A stretch of DNA of 64,000 bases from positions 960,001-1,024,000 of the forward strand of contig OZ241863.1 in the NCBI GenBank assembly GCA_965203055.1, read 5' to 3'. Origin of the DNA: Spirochaetia bacterium (GTDB taxonomy: Bacteria > Spirochaetota > Spirochaetia > SZUA-6 > Bin103). How positions within the stretch are numbered: position 1 is the first letter of the stretch; each line of letters starts with the position of its first letter. The notes below the pieces were generated by a model. It ran no database searches, had not been told where the DNA came from, and saw only the letters and a list, made by a program, of their open reading frames with translations. Positions 1 through 8,973 of the stretch are shown here, one piece after another. Made by a program: the position numbers and the translations under genes.

Positions 1-960
1 GGCGCCCAGTTGGCCGAGCGTCTGATCCGCCAGGATGGGGTGCGCTTCATGCTCGGCCCCTACAGTTCCGGCCTGACTCAGGCGATCGCACCGGTTACCG
101 AGCGCTACCAGGTGCCGATGGTGGAGGGCAACGGCGCCTCCCGCGAGCTGTTCAACAAGGGGTACCGCTATCTGTTCGCGGTGCTGTCCACCTCCGAGCA
201 GTACCTGCGGGACGTGCTGCGCCTGGCCGCCGCGCAGGCCGCCGCGCAGGGCCGGGAGCCGGCCTCGCTGAAGATCGCCATCGCCACCGAGAACGATCCG
301 TTCTCCCAGGACGTGCGCGCCGGAATCGTCGACGACGCCGGAAGCCGCGGCATGCGGGTGGTGATCGACGACAAGCTGCCGCGCGACCTGAACGACATGA
401 CCTCCACCCTGATCAAGGTCAAGGCGGTGCGGCCCGACGTGTTGATGGTGTCGGGCCACTCCAAGGGCGCCGCGCTGCTGGTACGGCAGGCGGAGAGCAT
501 GCGGGTGAACGCCCCGATCATCGCGCTGACGCACTGCGAGTCGGCCGAGGTTACCGACCGGACGCGGTTCGGCAGCGCCGCCGAGGGGATGTTGTGCGCG
601 ACCCAGTGGGCGCCGACCCTCGCCTACGAGGACGACCTGTTCGGCAGCGCCGCCGACTACGCCGCGCTGTTCGAGCAGGAGTACGGCTATACGCCGCCCT
701 ACCAGGCCGCCGAGTCCTCCGCCTCGGTGATGGTGTGGGTGGACGCGCTGCAGCGCGCCGGTTCATTCGACGCCGAGGCGGTGCGCGCCGCGCTGGCGGC
801 GACCGATCTGCAAACCTTCTACGGCCAGGTGCGGTTCGACGAGACCGGCAAGAACATCGCCAAGCCGATGGTGCTGCGCCAGATCCAGGACGGCGCCTAC
901 CAGATCGTGGCGCCCGACCACCTGGCATCCCGTGAACTGGTGTACCCGCGGCGCGGCTGA
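1..960 (+). CDS. Branched-chain amino acid ABC transporter substrate-binding protein (5'-partial)
   Basis: LGPYSSG and TFYGQVRFDETG motifs of LivJ/K-type binding proteins; first gene of a liv-like operon; frame open at window edge. Confidence 0.88.
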   Translation, partial: GAQLAERLIRQDGVRFMLGPYSSGLTQAIAPVTERYQVPMVEGNGASRELFNKGYRYLFAVLSTSEQYLRDVLRLAAAQAAAQGREPASLKIAIATENDPFSQDVRAGIVDDAGSRGMRVVIDDKLPRDLNDMTSTLIKVKAVRPDVLMVSGHSKGAALLVRQAESMRVNAPIIALTHCESAEVTDRTRFGSAAEGMLCATQWAPTLAYEDDLFGSAADYAALFEQEYGYTPPYQAAESSASVMVWVDALQRAGSFDAEAVRAALAATDLQTFYGQVRFDETGKNIAKPMVLRQIQDGAYQIVAPDHLASRELVYPRRG

Positions 961-1001
961 GCCGCTTCCCGGCGCGGCGCCGCAGGGACGACCGGACCGC
1001 G

Positions 1002-1901
1002 ATGGATAACCTGCTCCTTCTGTTCCAGTTCTGGCCGCTGTCCGCGCAGTTGCTGTTGGACGGATTGCTGGTGGGCGCGATCTTCGCGCTCGCCGCCTAC
1101 GGCATGGCGCTGGTATGGGGGGTGATGAACATCATCAACGTGGCGCAGGGCGAGCTGGTGATCCTGGGCGGCTTCGTCACCTGGCAGGTAGCGGCGCTCG
1201 GCCTCCACCCGTTGTTCGGCATTCCGCTGTCCGCCGCGGCGCTGTTCGTGGTCGGCTGGGCGCTGTACCGGGCGGTGGTGTTCCGCCTGGTGGACCGCGA
1301 CCTGTTCGTGTCGCTGCTGGCCACCTTCGGCCTGTCGATCCTGCTGCAGCAGTTGATGAATCAGGTATTCGGCGCCGACATCCGCAGCGCCAACGCCGAG
1401 ATCGGCGCGACCCTCCTGTGGGGCGGCAACGTGGTGCTGGACAACGTCAAGCTGGCGGCGTTCGCCGCGGCGCTGGCCGCCGGCGGGGCGATGATCCTGT
1501 TCCTGCGCCGCAGCCGCGTGGGGCGCGCGCTGCGGGCAACCGCGCAGAACGCGCGCGCCGCGCGCCTGGTCGGCGTGCAGACCGACCGCGTCTACGCGCT
1601 GGCGTATGCGTTGAACGCCGCGTTGTGCGGCGTCGCCGGGTCGCTGGTGGCGATGGTGTGGGTGGTGCATCCATTCATCGGCATCACCTACACGGTGCGC
1701 TCGTTCATGATCGCGGTGGTCGCGGGGCTGGGCAACGTGGCCGCGGTGGTGATCGCCGGGTCGGCCCTGGGGGTGGTGGAGAACTTCGCCGGCTTCATCC
1801 TCGGCGTGGAGTTTCAGACCGCGTTCGTGTTTTCGCTGCTGGTGGTGATCCTGCTGCTGCGCAGCTTGCTGCTCGCCCGCCGCCGCAAGGTGCTGGAGTG
1901 A
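1002..1901 (+). CDS. livH: Branched-chain amino acid ABC permease (LivH-like)
   Basis: GMALVWGVMNIINVAQGE and GRALRATAQN motifs; hydrophobic. Confidence 0.88.
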   Translation: MDNLLLLFQFWPLSAQLLLDGLLVGAIFALAAYGMALVWGVMNIINVAQGELVILGGFVTWQVAALGLHPLFGIPLSAAALFVVGWALYRAVVFRLVDRDLFVSLLATFGLSILLQQLMNQVFGADIRSANAEIGATLLWGGNVVLDNVKLAAFAAALAAGGAMILFLRRSRVGRALRATAQNARAARLVGVQTDRVYALAYALNAALCGVAGSLVAMVWVVHPFIGITYTVRSFMIAVVAGLGNVAAVVIAGSALGVVENFAGFILGVEFQTAFVFSLLVVILLLRSLLLARRRKVLE

Positions 1902-2947
1902 ATCCCCGGGCGCGGAAGTGGTGGGGGCCGCTGCTGGTGGCGGCGGCCGGTATTGCGGGGCCGTTCATTGCGCCGCAGTTCCAGTCGCAGATGGCGGTGC
2001 TGTGGGTGATGGTGATTCTGGCGCTGACCTGGGACGTCGCCGGCGGCCAGATGGGCTACAACTCGTTCGGCAACGTGGTGTTCTTCGGCGTCGGAATGTA
2101 CGCCTCCGCGGTGGTGCAGCGCGAGTTGGCCGGCGGCGCGGGGGAGGTGGCGAACTTGGCGCCGGCGGTCTACCTGGGCGGCCTGGGGCTGGGGCTGGCG
2201 TGCGCGCTGCTGGCGGCGGTGCCGCTGGCGGTGCTGCTGGGCGGCGGCATCCTGCGCCTGCGCGGCCATTACTTCGCGATCTGCACGCTGGGGCTGGGGG
2301 TGGCGGCGGGCGAAATCGCCAACGGCATCGACTTCCTGGGCGCCGGCTCGGGGCTGGTCACGCCGCTGCTGCCGGCCGCGCTGGGCGACCGCAACCGCTT
2401 CTTCTGCTTCTATTTTCTGGCGCTGGCGGGGGTCTGCTTCGGCGTGCTGCGGCTGCTGTACCGGCGCCGCTTCGGGCTGCTGCTCAACGCCATCCGCGAC
2501 CACGAGGACAAGGCGGAGGCGATGGGGCTGCCCACCACGCGCTGCAAGATCGTGGCGTGGGCCGTGGCCGCGGCGTTCCTGGCCCTGGCCGGCGGCGCCT
2601 ACGGCAACTTCGTCGGCTTCATCGATCCGCTCGACGTTGCCTTCTCCGGCGCCACCTTCGGCGTGTGGATGGTGCTGATGGCGATCATGGGCGGGCGCGG
2701 CACGTTGTGGGGGCCGGTGCTGGGGGCGATGGTGTTCCACGTCACGCAGGAGTTGTTCTGGACCTACCTGCTCGGCTGGCACCGCGTGGCGATGGGGCTG
2801 CTCATCGTGGTGATCGTGATGTTCCTGCCGGAGGGGTTCCTGGGCTGGTTCCGGGAGCGCCGCGCCGGCGCCGCGGCGGGCTCCCCGCCGGGCTCGCCCG
2901 CCGCTCCCGCCGCGCCGGCCGCGCCGGCCGGAGGAACCGGAGCGTGA
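1898..2947 (+). CDS. livM: Branched-chain amino acid ABC permease (LivM-like)
   Basis: GQMGYNSFG, LRLRGHYFAICTL, GGRGTLWGP; GTG start overlaps upstream TGA. Confidence 0.87.
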   Translation: MNPRARKWWGPLLVAAAGIAGPFIAPQFQSQMAVLWVMVILALTWDVAGGQMGYNSFGNVVFFGVGMYASAVVQRELAGGAGEVANLAPAVYLGGLGLGLACALLAAVPLAVLLGGGILRLRGHYFAICTLGLGVAAGEIANGIDFLGAGSGLVTPLLPAALGDRNRFFCFYFLALAGVCFGVLRLLYRRRFGLLLNAIRDHEDKAEAMGLPTTRCKIVAWAVAAAFLALAGGAYGNFVGFIDPLDVAFSGATFGVWMVLMAIMGGRGTLWGPVLGAMVFHVTQELFWTYLLGWHRVAMGLLIVVIVMFLPEGFLGWFRERRAGAAAGSPPGSPAAPAAPAAPAGGTGA

Positions 2948-3690
2948 AGCCGCTGCTCGAGGTCGACGGGGTCAGCAAGTCGTTTGGCGGAGTGCAGGCC
3001 AACCGTGACATCAGCATCAGCGTGGCGGACGGCGCCGTGCACGGGCTGATCGGTCCCAACGGTTCCGGCAAGACCACGTTGTTCAACAGCATTGCCGGCG
3101 CCCATCCGGTAGACCGGGGGAGGGTGACCTTCGCCGGCGTGCGCATCGAGCGGCTGCGGGTGGCGCGCATCTCGCGCCTCGGTCTGGTGCGTACCTTCCA
3201 GCAGACTCACGTGTACGGCGGCATCAGTTGCCTGCAGAACATGCAGATCAGCGCGCCCCACGGCAACGGCCGCGGCGGCACGCTGTTCGGGCGCGTGCCG
3301 GACGCGGTTACCGAGCGCGCCGCGGCGCTGCTGGAGTTCGTCGGCCTCTACGGGTTGCGCCGCGAACCCGCCGCCAGCCTGTCGTTCGGCCAGCAGAAGT
3401 TGCTGGAGTTCGCCATGGCGCTGATGTACGAGCCGAAGATGCTGCTGCTCGACGAGCCCACCGCGGGCATCAACCCGACCCTGATCAACGGCATGATCGA
3501 TCGCCTGCTGCGCGCCAACGCGGAGCTGGGAATCACGCTGCTGGTGATCGAACACAACATGCGGGTGATCATGAATCTGGCCACCCACATCTACTGTCTG
3601 GCGCACGGCCGGCTGCTGGCTGCCGGCACGCCGGAGCAGGTGCGCGCCGACCCGCGCGTCGTGGACGCGTATCTGGGGGGCGGCTCATGA
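2944..3690 (+). CDS. livG: ABC ATP-binding protein (LivG-like)
   Basis: GPNGSGKTT, LSFGQQK, LLLDEPTAG, AYLG; GTGA coupling. Confidence 0.9.
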   Translation: MKPLLEVDGVSKSFGGVQANRDISISVADGAVHGLIGPNGSGKTTLFNSIAGAHPVDRGRVTFAGVRIERLRVARISRLGLVRTFQQTHVYGGISCLQNMQISAPHGNGRGGTLFGRVPDAVTERAAALLEFVGLYGLRREPAASLSFGQQKLLEFAMALMYEPKMLLLDEPTAGINPTLINGMIDRLLRANAELGITLLVIEHNMRVIMNLATHIYCLAHGRLLAAGTPEQVRADPRVVDAYLGGGS

Positions 3691-4553
3691 CGGAATCCAC
3701 GACCGGCGCCGGCACCTCCGGGTATGGCGGCGGCGAGCTGGGCGCCGCGGTGTCGGTGGAGCAGGTGGCCCGCGAGAGCGCGTCGCTGCTGGAGCTCAGC
3801 GTGCCGCGCGCAACGCTGGCCGCGCTCGCCGGCGGCGACGACTTCCTGCGCATCGACCGCCTGACCGCCGGCTACGGCCGCATGGAGATCCTGCACGGCA
3901 TCGACCTGCAGGTGGGGCGCGGGCAGTCGTTGTGCCTGATCGGTCCCAACGGCGCCGGCAAGTCCACCGTGCTGCACTCCATCTACGGGTTCACGACCAT
4001 CACCGGCGGGGCGATCCGCAAGCAGGGCAGCGACATCACCCGCCTGCGCCCCGCCGACAAGCTGAAGCAGGCCGGCATTGCCTACATCCTGCAGGACAAT
4101 TCGGTGTTTCCCGACATGACGGTCGAGGAGAACCTGCGGATGGGCGCCTACCTGATGCGCGACAAGGCCGCGGCGCGGCGCGCCGTAGCCGCGGTGTTCG
4201 ACCGCTATCCGCGCCTCGCCGCGCGCCGCGCGCAGCCGGCGCGGGTGCTGTCGGGCGGGGAGCGGCGGCTGCTGGAGATTTCGCGCGCGCTGGTGATGGA
4301 ACCCGACGTGCTGCTGGTGGACGAGCCGTCCATCGGCCTGGAGCCGCGCTACATCGACATGGTGTTCGAGATCCTCGTCGAGCTGCGCGACCGGGAGCGC
4401 AAGACGATCATCATGGTGGAGCAGAACGCCCGCAAGGGGCTGGAGTTCGCCGATCTCGGCTACGTGCTGGTGGCCGGCGAGCTGGCGCTGGCCGCGCGCG
4501 GCGCCGAGCTGCTGCAGGACCCGCGGGTGGGCCGGTTGTTTCTCGGCGGGTAG
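3687..4553 (+). CDS. livF: ABC ATP-binding protein (LivF-like)
   Basis: GPNGAGKST, LSGGE, VDEPSIGL, VEQN; ATGA coupling. Confidence 0.9.
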   Translation: MTESTTGAGTSGYGGGELGAAVSVEQVARESASLLELSVPRATLAALAGGDDFLRIDRLTAGYGRMEILHGIDLQVGRGQSLCLIGPNGAGKSTVLHSIYGFTTITGGAIRKQGSDITRLRPADKLKQAGIAYILQDNSVFPDMTVEENLRMGAYLMRDKAAARRAVAAVFDRYPRLAARRAQPARVLSGGERRLLEISRALVMEPDVLLVDEPSIGLEPRYIDMVFEILVELRDRERKTIIMVEQNARKGLEFADLGYVLVAGELALAARGAELLQDPRVGRLFLGG

Positions 4554-4636
4554 GCCGCGCAGGCGAATCGGCGGCGGCGCGGGCGGGCCGCCCCATGCAA
4601 CGCCGCGCCGCAAGCCCGCGGGCGGGCCGCCGCGGG

Positions 4637-6445
4637 TCAGCAATCCAGGAGTTGCTCCAGTTGGCCCACCAGCGAGCCGAAGACCTGCAATGCCTGCCTG
4701 ACCGGCTCCGGGCTGCTCATGTCCACTCCGGCAAGCTGCAGCGACTGCAACGGGTAGCGGGAGCCGCCGGACCGCAGGAACGCCATGTACCGGTCGCGCG
4801 CCTCCGTACCGCCGGCCAGCACGCCCTCCGCCAGGGCCACGGCCGCGGCCAGGCCGGTGGCGTACTTGTACACGTAGAAGGCGTTGTAGAAGTGGGGGAT
4901 GCGCAGCCCCTCCAGGTCGCTCACCTCCTCCAGCTTCAGTTCCGGCCCGAAGTAGCGCTCAAGCAACTGCCGGTAGGCGGCGCGCAGCGATTCCACCGTC
5001 AGCGGCTCGCCCCGCTCCGCCATGGCGTGGGTCTGGTGCTCGAATTCGGCGAACATGGTCTGGCGGTAGACGGTGGCGATGATGTCGTCCACCCGCTTGC
5101 CGACCAGGTAGGAGCGCATCTCCCGGTTGCCGGCGCGCTCCAGCAGGTAGTGGAACAGGAGCTGCTCGTTGAACGTCGACGCCACCTCGGCCTCGAAGAT
5201 GCTGTAGCCGTAGTGCTGGATCGGGTTGTGGCGCACGCTGTGCCAGGAGTGCATCGAGTGCCCTGCCTCATGGGCCAGGGTGAACACGTCGCGCAGCACG
5301 TCCTCCTTGAAGTTCATCAGGATGTAGGGATCGCCGGCGAAGGAGCCGGCGGAGAACGCGCCGGAGCGCTTGCCCTTGTTCTCGTAGCGGTCCACCCAGC
5401 CGCCGCGCAGCCCGGCGCCCAGGGTGGCGCAGTAGTCGGAGCCGAGGGGGGCCAGCGCGGCAAGCACCACCTCCACCGCCTGGTCGTAGGTGTGCCGCAC
5501 CCGCACGTCGCCGGTCAGCGGCGCGTAGACGTCGTAGTGGCGCAACTCCGCCACGCCGAGGGCGCGCCGCCGCAGGGCGTAGTAGGCGTGGAGCCGGTCC
5601 AGATTCTCATGCACCGCGGCGATCAGGTTGTCGTACACCGTGGCCGCGACCTGATCGGGAAACAGCGCCGCCTCCCGCGCCGACGGATAGTTGCGCACCC
5701 GGGCGCGGTACAGGTCGAGCTGCACGCTGCCGTCGTAGAGCGCGGCGAGCGTGTTCTTGTGCTGCTCGAAGTGGCCGTAGAACTGGTGGTAGGCGCGCCG
5801 CCGCACGTCGCGCTCGGGGTGGATCATGAACTGCGACCACGACGCCTGGCTGAGCGGCTGCGCCCCCTCCGGGGTATCGACGGCGCCGAAGTCGAGGTCC
5901 ACGTCGGTCAGGGCGGCGAACGTCTTGCGCGCGGTCTGATTGGCTTCGAGCTGCAGCGCCAGCAGCCGTTCCTGCGCCGCCGGCAGGACGTGCGGCTTGA
6001 ACCGCAGCAACTTGCGCAGGGCGATGGCGAACTCGGCCAGCGACTCGTCGGCCAACATCCGCTCCATGACGGCGTCGGGAATCGCCTGAATCTCCGGCGT
6101 GACGTAGCTCTTCTCGGCCTCGGCGCGGCTGGCGGCGTTGAGGTAGCGCGCGAAGCGGCCCTGGTGTTCGCTGTCGCCGGCGTCCTCGCTGGTGCGCAGG
6201 TGGGCGTAGTAGCCGACCCGCTCATCCAGCAGCTCCAGCTCGTTCAGGAACTCCAGGCAGGCGCGCAGGGCGGCCGCTGACTGCCCCAGGGTGCCCTTGA
6301 AGGCGGCGATGCGGGGCACCAGCTCCTGGTACTGGCGCAAGCCCCGCTCCCAGGCGTCCTCGTCGGGATACAGCTTCCCCAGGTCCCACTGATCGGCGGC
6401 GGCAATCTGGCTGCGTTGCGGAATGGCGGTGGTAGCGTGGCTCAT
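4637..6445 (-). CDS. pepF: Oligoendopeptidase F (peptidase M3B)
   Basis: WDL N-terminus, GKRSGAFS, HEAGHSMH zinc motif, AEVASTFNE, HFYNAFYVYKYATG. Confidence 0.95.
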   Translation of the reverse strand: MSHATTAIPQRSQIAAADQWDLGKLYPDEDAWERGLRQYQELVPRIAAFKGTLGQSAAALRACLEFLNELELLDERVGYYAHLRTSEDAGDSEHQGRFARYLNAASRAEAEKSYVTPEIQAIPDAVMERMLADESLAEFAIALRKLLRFKPHVLPAAQERLLALQLEANQTARKTFAALTDVDLDFGAVDTPEGAQPLSQASWSQFMIHPERDVRRRAYHQFYGHFEQHKNTLAALYDGSVQLDLYRARVRNYPSAREAALFPDQVAATVYDNLIAAVHENLDRLHAYYALRRRALGVAELRHYDVYAPLTGDVRVRHTYDQAVEVVLAALAPLGSDYCATLGAGLRGGWVDRYENKGKRSGAFSAGSFAGDPYILMNFKEDVLRDVFTLAHEAGHSMHSWHSVRHNPIQHYGYSIFEAEVASTFNEQLLFHYLLERAGNREMRSYLVGKRVDDIIATVYRQTMFAEFEHQTHAMAERGEPLTVESLRAAYRQLLERYFGPELKLEEVSDLEGLRIPHFYNAFYVYKYATGLAAAVALAEGVLAGGTEARDRYMAFLRSGGSRYPLQSLQLAGVDMSSPEPVRQALQVFGSLVGQLEQLLDC

Positions 6446-7500
6446 TTGACGGCGACCCAGGAGTCGCGGTCCGAGGCCGCGTAGACGGCTTCGAACAGCG
6501 CCACCGTGCGGCGGCCCTCGCGCCCGTCGCACTGCAGGTCGGTGCCGTTGCGCAGCGCGCTCACCAGGTCCTGAAAGATGTTCTCCGGCAGGTCGTCCGG
6601 CACCGGGTACGCAATCAGGTCGCCGGCAGCCACGGCCGGCGCGGCGGCCGCGCCGGCGGCGCGAAATGCGTCGCTGCCGGTGCGCGCGGCCGGAGGCACG
6701 TGTTTGAGGCGCGGCACGTCTTCGTCCTTCCAGTGCAGGGTGCCCCAACTGCCGTTGACGCTCATCTCGGCTTCGGCGCCGGGAACGCTGCAGGTCGTGG
6801 TCAGCACCGAGCCCACCGCGCCGCCGCGGAACTGCACCACCGCCGCGGCGGCGTCTTCGGTCCGGATGTCGTGCCCGTAGGTGCCGCGGCGTCCGGCTAC
6901 CCGCTCGGCGTCTCCCACCCACCACAGCATCAGGTCCAGGAAGTGCACCGCCTGATTGGCCAGCGAGCCTCCCTCGGTGTCGAGCCGGCTGCGCCAGCGT
7001 TGCGGCACCCCGGCGTCGTAGTAGGACTGCGCCCGGTACCACTTCATGCGCAGGTCGGCGAGCAGCGGGCGGCCGACGGCGCCGGCGTCGAGGGCGCGCT
7101 TGACGCGGTGGTTGCGCGGCTGGTAGCGCTGCTCGAAGTCCACCGCCAGCAGCAGCCCGCGCTTCTGCGCTTCGTGAATCGCCGCATCGCACGCCGCGGT
7201 GGTGATGTCCATCGGCTTGGTCATGCACACGTGCTTGCCGGCGCGCAGCGCCTGCAGCGCCATCCCGGCGTGGGAGCCGCTCGGCGTCCACAGACCGACC
7301 ACGTCCACGTCGGCGCGCTTCAGCAGTTCGTCGTAGCTGTCGAGCCACGGCACGCCCAAGTCGCGCTCCGCCTCCCGCCCGCGCGCGGCCGACAGGTCGC
7401 ACACCGCCACCAGGTCGGCTCCGGGGGTCTGGGCGCAGAGCGACGCGCGTCCCTCGCCCATGCCCAGTCCTACGATTGCGAACCGTATCGTCGCCGCCAC
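6442..7500 (-). CDS. Gfo/Idh/MocA family oxidoreductase
   Basis: IVGLGMG, AGKHVCMTKPM, GGSLANQAVHFLD; GGAGG RBS before GTG at 7500. Confidence 0.9.
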   Translation of the reverse strand: MAATIRFAIVGLGMGEGRASLCAQTPGADLVAVCDLSAARGREAERDLGVPWLDSYDELLKRADVDVVGLWTPSGSHAGMALQALRAGKHVCMTKPMDITTAACDAAIHEAQKRGLLLAVDFEQRYQPRNHRVKRALDAGAVGRPLLADLRMKWYRAQSYYDAGVPQRWRSRLDTEGGSLANQAVHFLDLMLWWVGDAERVAGRRGTYGHDIRTEDAAAAVVQFRGGAVGSVLTTTCSVPGAEAEMSVNGSWGTLHWKDEDVPRLKHVPPAARTGSDAFRAAGAAAAPAVAAGDLIAYPVPDDLPENIFQDLVSALRNGTDLQCDGREGRRTVALFEAVYAASDRDSWVAVK

Positions 7501-7540
7501 ATTTCCTCCCCGCGCATGGTAGCCGAAACGCCGCCCCGCG

Positions 7541-8701
7541 TCAGGGGGGCTGATCGCCGGCGGCGGTGATGACCGGAGGATGCGCCCAGTCCAGGTAGCG
7601 CTCGCCGACCCGCGCCGCGGCGCAGCCGCCGGCATGCCACAGCACGCGGTAGCGAAACGTGGCCCGCGCGCCGGCCTCCAGAGTCCAGTCGCCGCGCCGG
7701 CGGTGGCCGCTGCGGTAGTCGGCCAACCCGAATGGATTGGCGGCGAACAGACCGTAGCCGCGCACGTGCCAGTGGGTGGGGTAGAGCGGGTTGCGCGGAT
7801 GATCGAATATCGCCGCGCCCACGGTACGGGGCGTGCCCGCGGCATCGGTCACGGCGCCCGAATAGTCCACCCACGGCGCGCGCTGCCCCCAGGTCTCCGC
7901 TTCATGGAGCGCGCCGTAGGCGTTGCTGATGGTACCGCCGCGGCTCTCCTTGATCGCTTCGTGGACGCGCAGGGCGCAGAGTCCGCCCTCCTTGGTGTCG
8001 CCGAAGGTCACCGCGCCGCGGGCGGCGTGGAAGGTGACGGTCAGGTCCAGCAGCCGCGCCGCGGCGGGCGTGTTCCAGAACGTCAGGGTACGGCGTTCTT
8101 CCAGCAGCGGCGGGCTGGCGGCGCCGCCCGCCCGCCAGTTCACGCGCTGCACGATGCGCCCGAACGCCGGGCCGCTTTGCACCGCCTCGAAGCCGTCGTG
8201 GACCTGGCAGCCGTGCCCGTCGGCCTCGCTCCAGAAGTCGACCCCGTTCACCAAGCCGTGGGCCACCCAGAACGAGCGGTGGTGCACGTGGTCGGTCGCT
8301 TCGCCGGGCACGTCGGCAAGCGGCCAGGCGCGCGTCATCGGCAAGCCGTACGGCCCGATCACGGGATGCAGGAAGGAACGCACCGGATGCGCGGCATAGT
8401 GGTAGCGGCACCACAGCGCCCCGTCGACGGTCACCTCCAGGTGCGCCCCGCGGTCGCTGATCCGCACCCCGCCGGCGGGCGCGGCGCCGCCGCCTGTCAC
8501 CTCGACCCGCTCTCGGGCCGCAGCCGCCAAGTAGGGGAGTACGCACCACCGCGCCCCGTCGTCGCCCGCCTGCAGCGGCACGGCCGGCGCGCCGCCCGCG
8601 ATGCGCAATGCCGCGCCGCCGCCCTCCACCGCCGCCGGCGGCAGCTCCACCGGGCAGTGGACCCGCTCGTGCGGTCCGGCCTGAATCTCCAGCTTCCCCA
8701 C
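7541..8701 (-). CDS. DUF6807 / 'PmoA-family' beta-sandwich protein
   Basis: LHPV, DHVHHRSFWVAHG, WVDYSG, IFDHPRN, WHVRGYGLFAANPF pattern; start approximate. Confidence 0.7.
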   Translation of the reverse strand: MGKLEIQAGPHERVHCPVELPPAAVEGGGAALRIAGGAPAVPLQAGDDGARWCVLPYLAAAARERVEVTGGGAAPAGGVRISDRGAHLEVTVDGALWCRYHYAAHPVRSFLHPVIGPYGLPMTRAWPLADVPGEATDHVHHRSFWVAHGLVNGVDFWSEADGHGCQVHDGFEAVQSGPAFGRIVQRVNWRAGGAASPPLLEERRTLTFWNTPAAARLLDLTVTFHAARGAVTFGDTKEGGLCALRVHEAIKESRGGTISNAYGALHEAETWGQRAPWVDYSGAVTDAAGTPRTVGAAIFDHPRNPLYPTHWHVRGYGLFAANPFGLADYRSGHRRRGDWTLEAGARATFRYRVLWHAGGCAAARVGERYLDWAHPPVITAAGDQPP

Positions 8702-8781
8702 CGTCCGGGCGACGATAGCCCAAAACCGCGCCCGGCGCCACCGCGCCGACAGGAAATACGCTATCATGTCGCCCGCAGGAC

Positions 8782-8904
8782 ATGGCATACCGTAGTAGCG
8801 CAGCATGGGAGACGATTTGTCTTGGGGACGTTGCGGCTATCACCATGGGCCAGTCACCGCCGACGAGCTGCTCGCAACGAATGGGGCGCATTTCCCAAAT
8901 GTAG
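8782..8904 (+). pseudogene. N-terminal relic of a type I R-M specificity subunit (HsdS)
   Basis: Manual translation MAYRSSAAWETICLGDVAAITMGQSPP...; W-x4-LGDVA-x-I-x-MGQSP is the typical HsdS N-terminal signature; stops after 40 aa. Confidence 0.65.
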
Positions 8905-8973
8905 GTAAGCGACAGGCCGCTTGGCGGCCAAGCCCAAGTCCCAGTGTAAGATGACGTTTCTCGGCGATCTTGA

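Noticed and set aside
4555..4636. GCGGGCGGGCCGCC repeated twice between convergent genes
   Set aside because: Low-complexity GC sequence; not distinguishable from chance at this composition.
7541..8701. Particulate methane monooxygenase
   Set aside because: Soluble-looking protein with no TM helices and no pmoB/pmoC; the family name is misleading.
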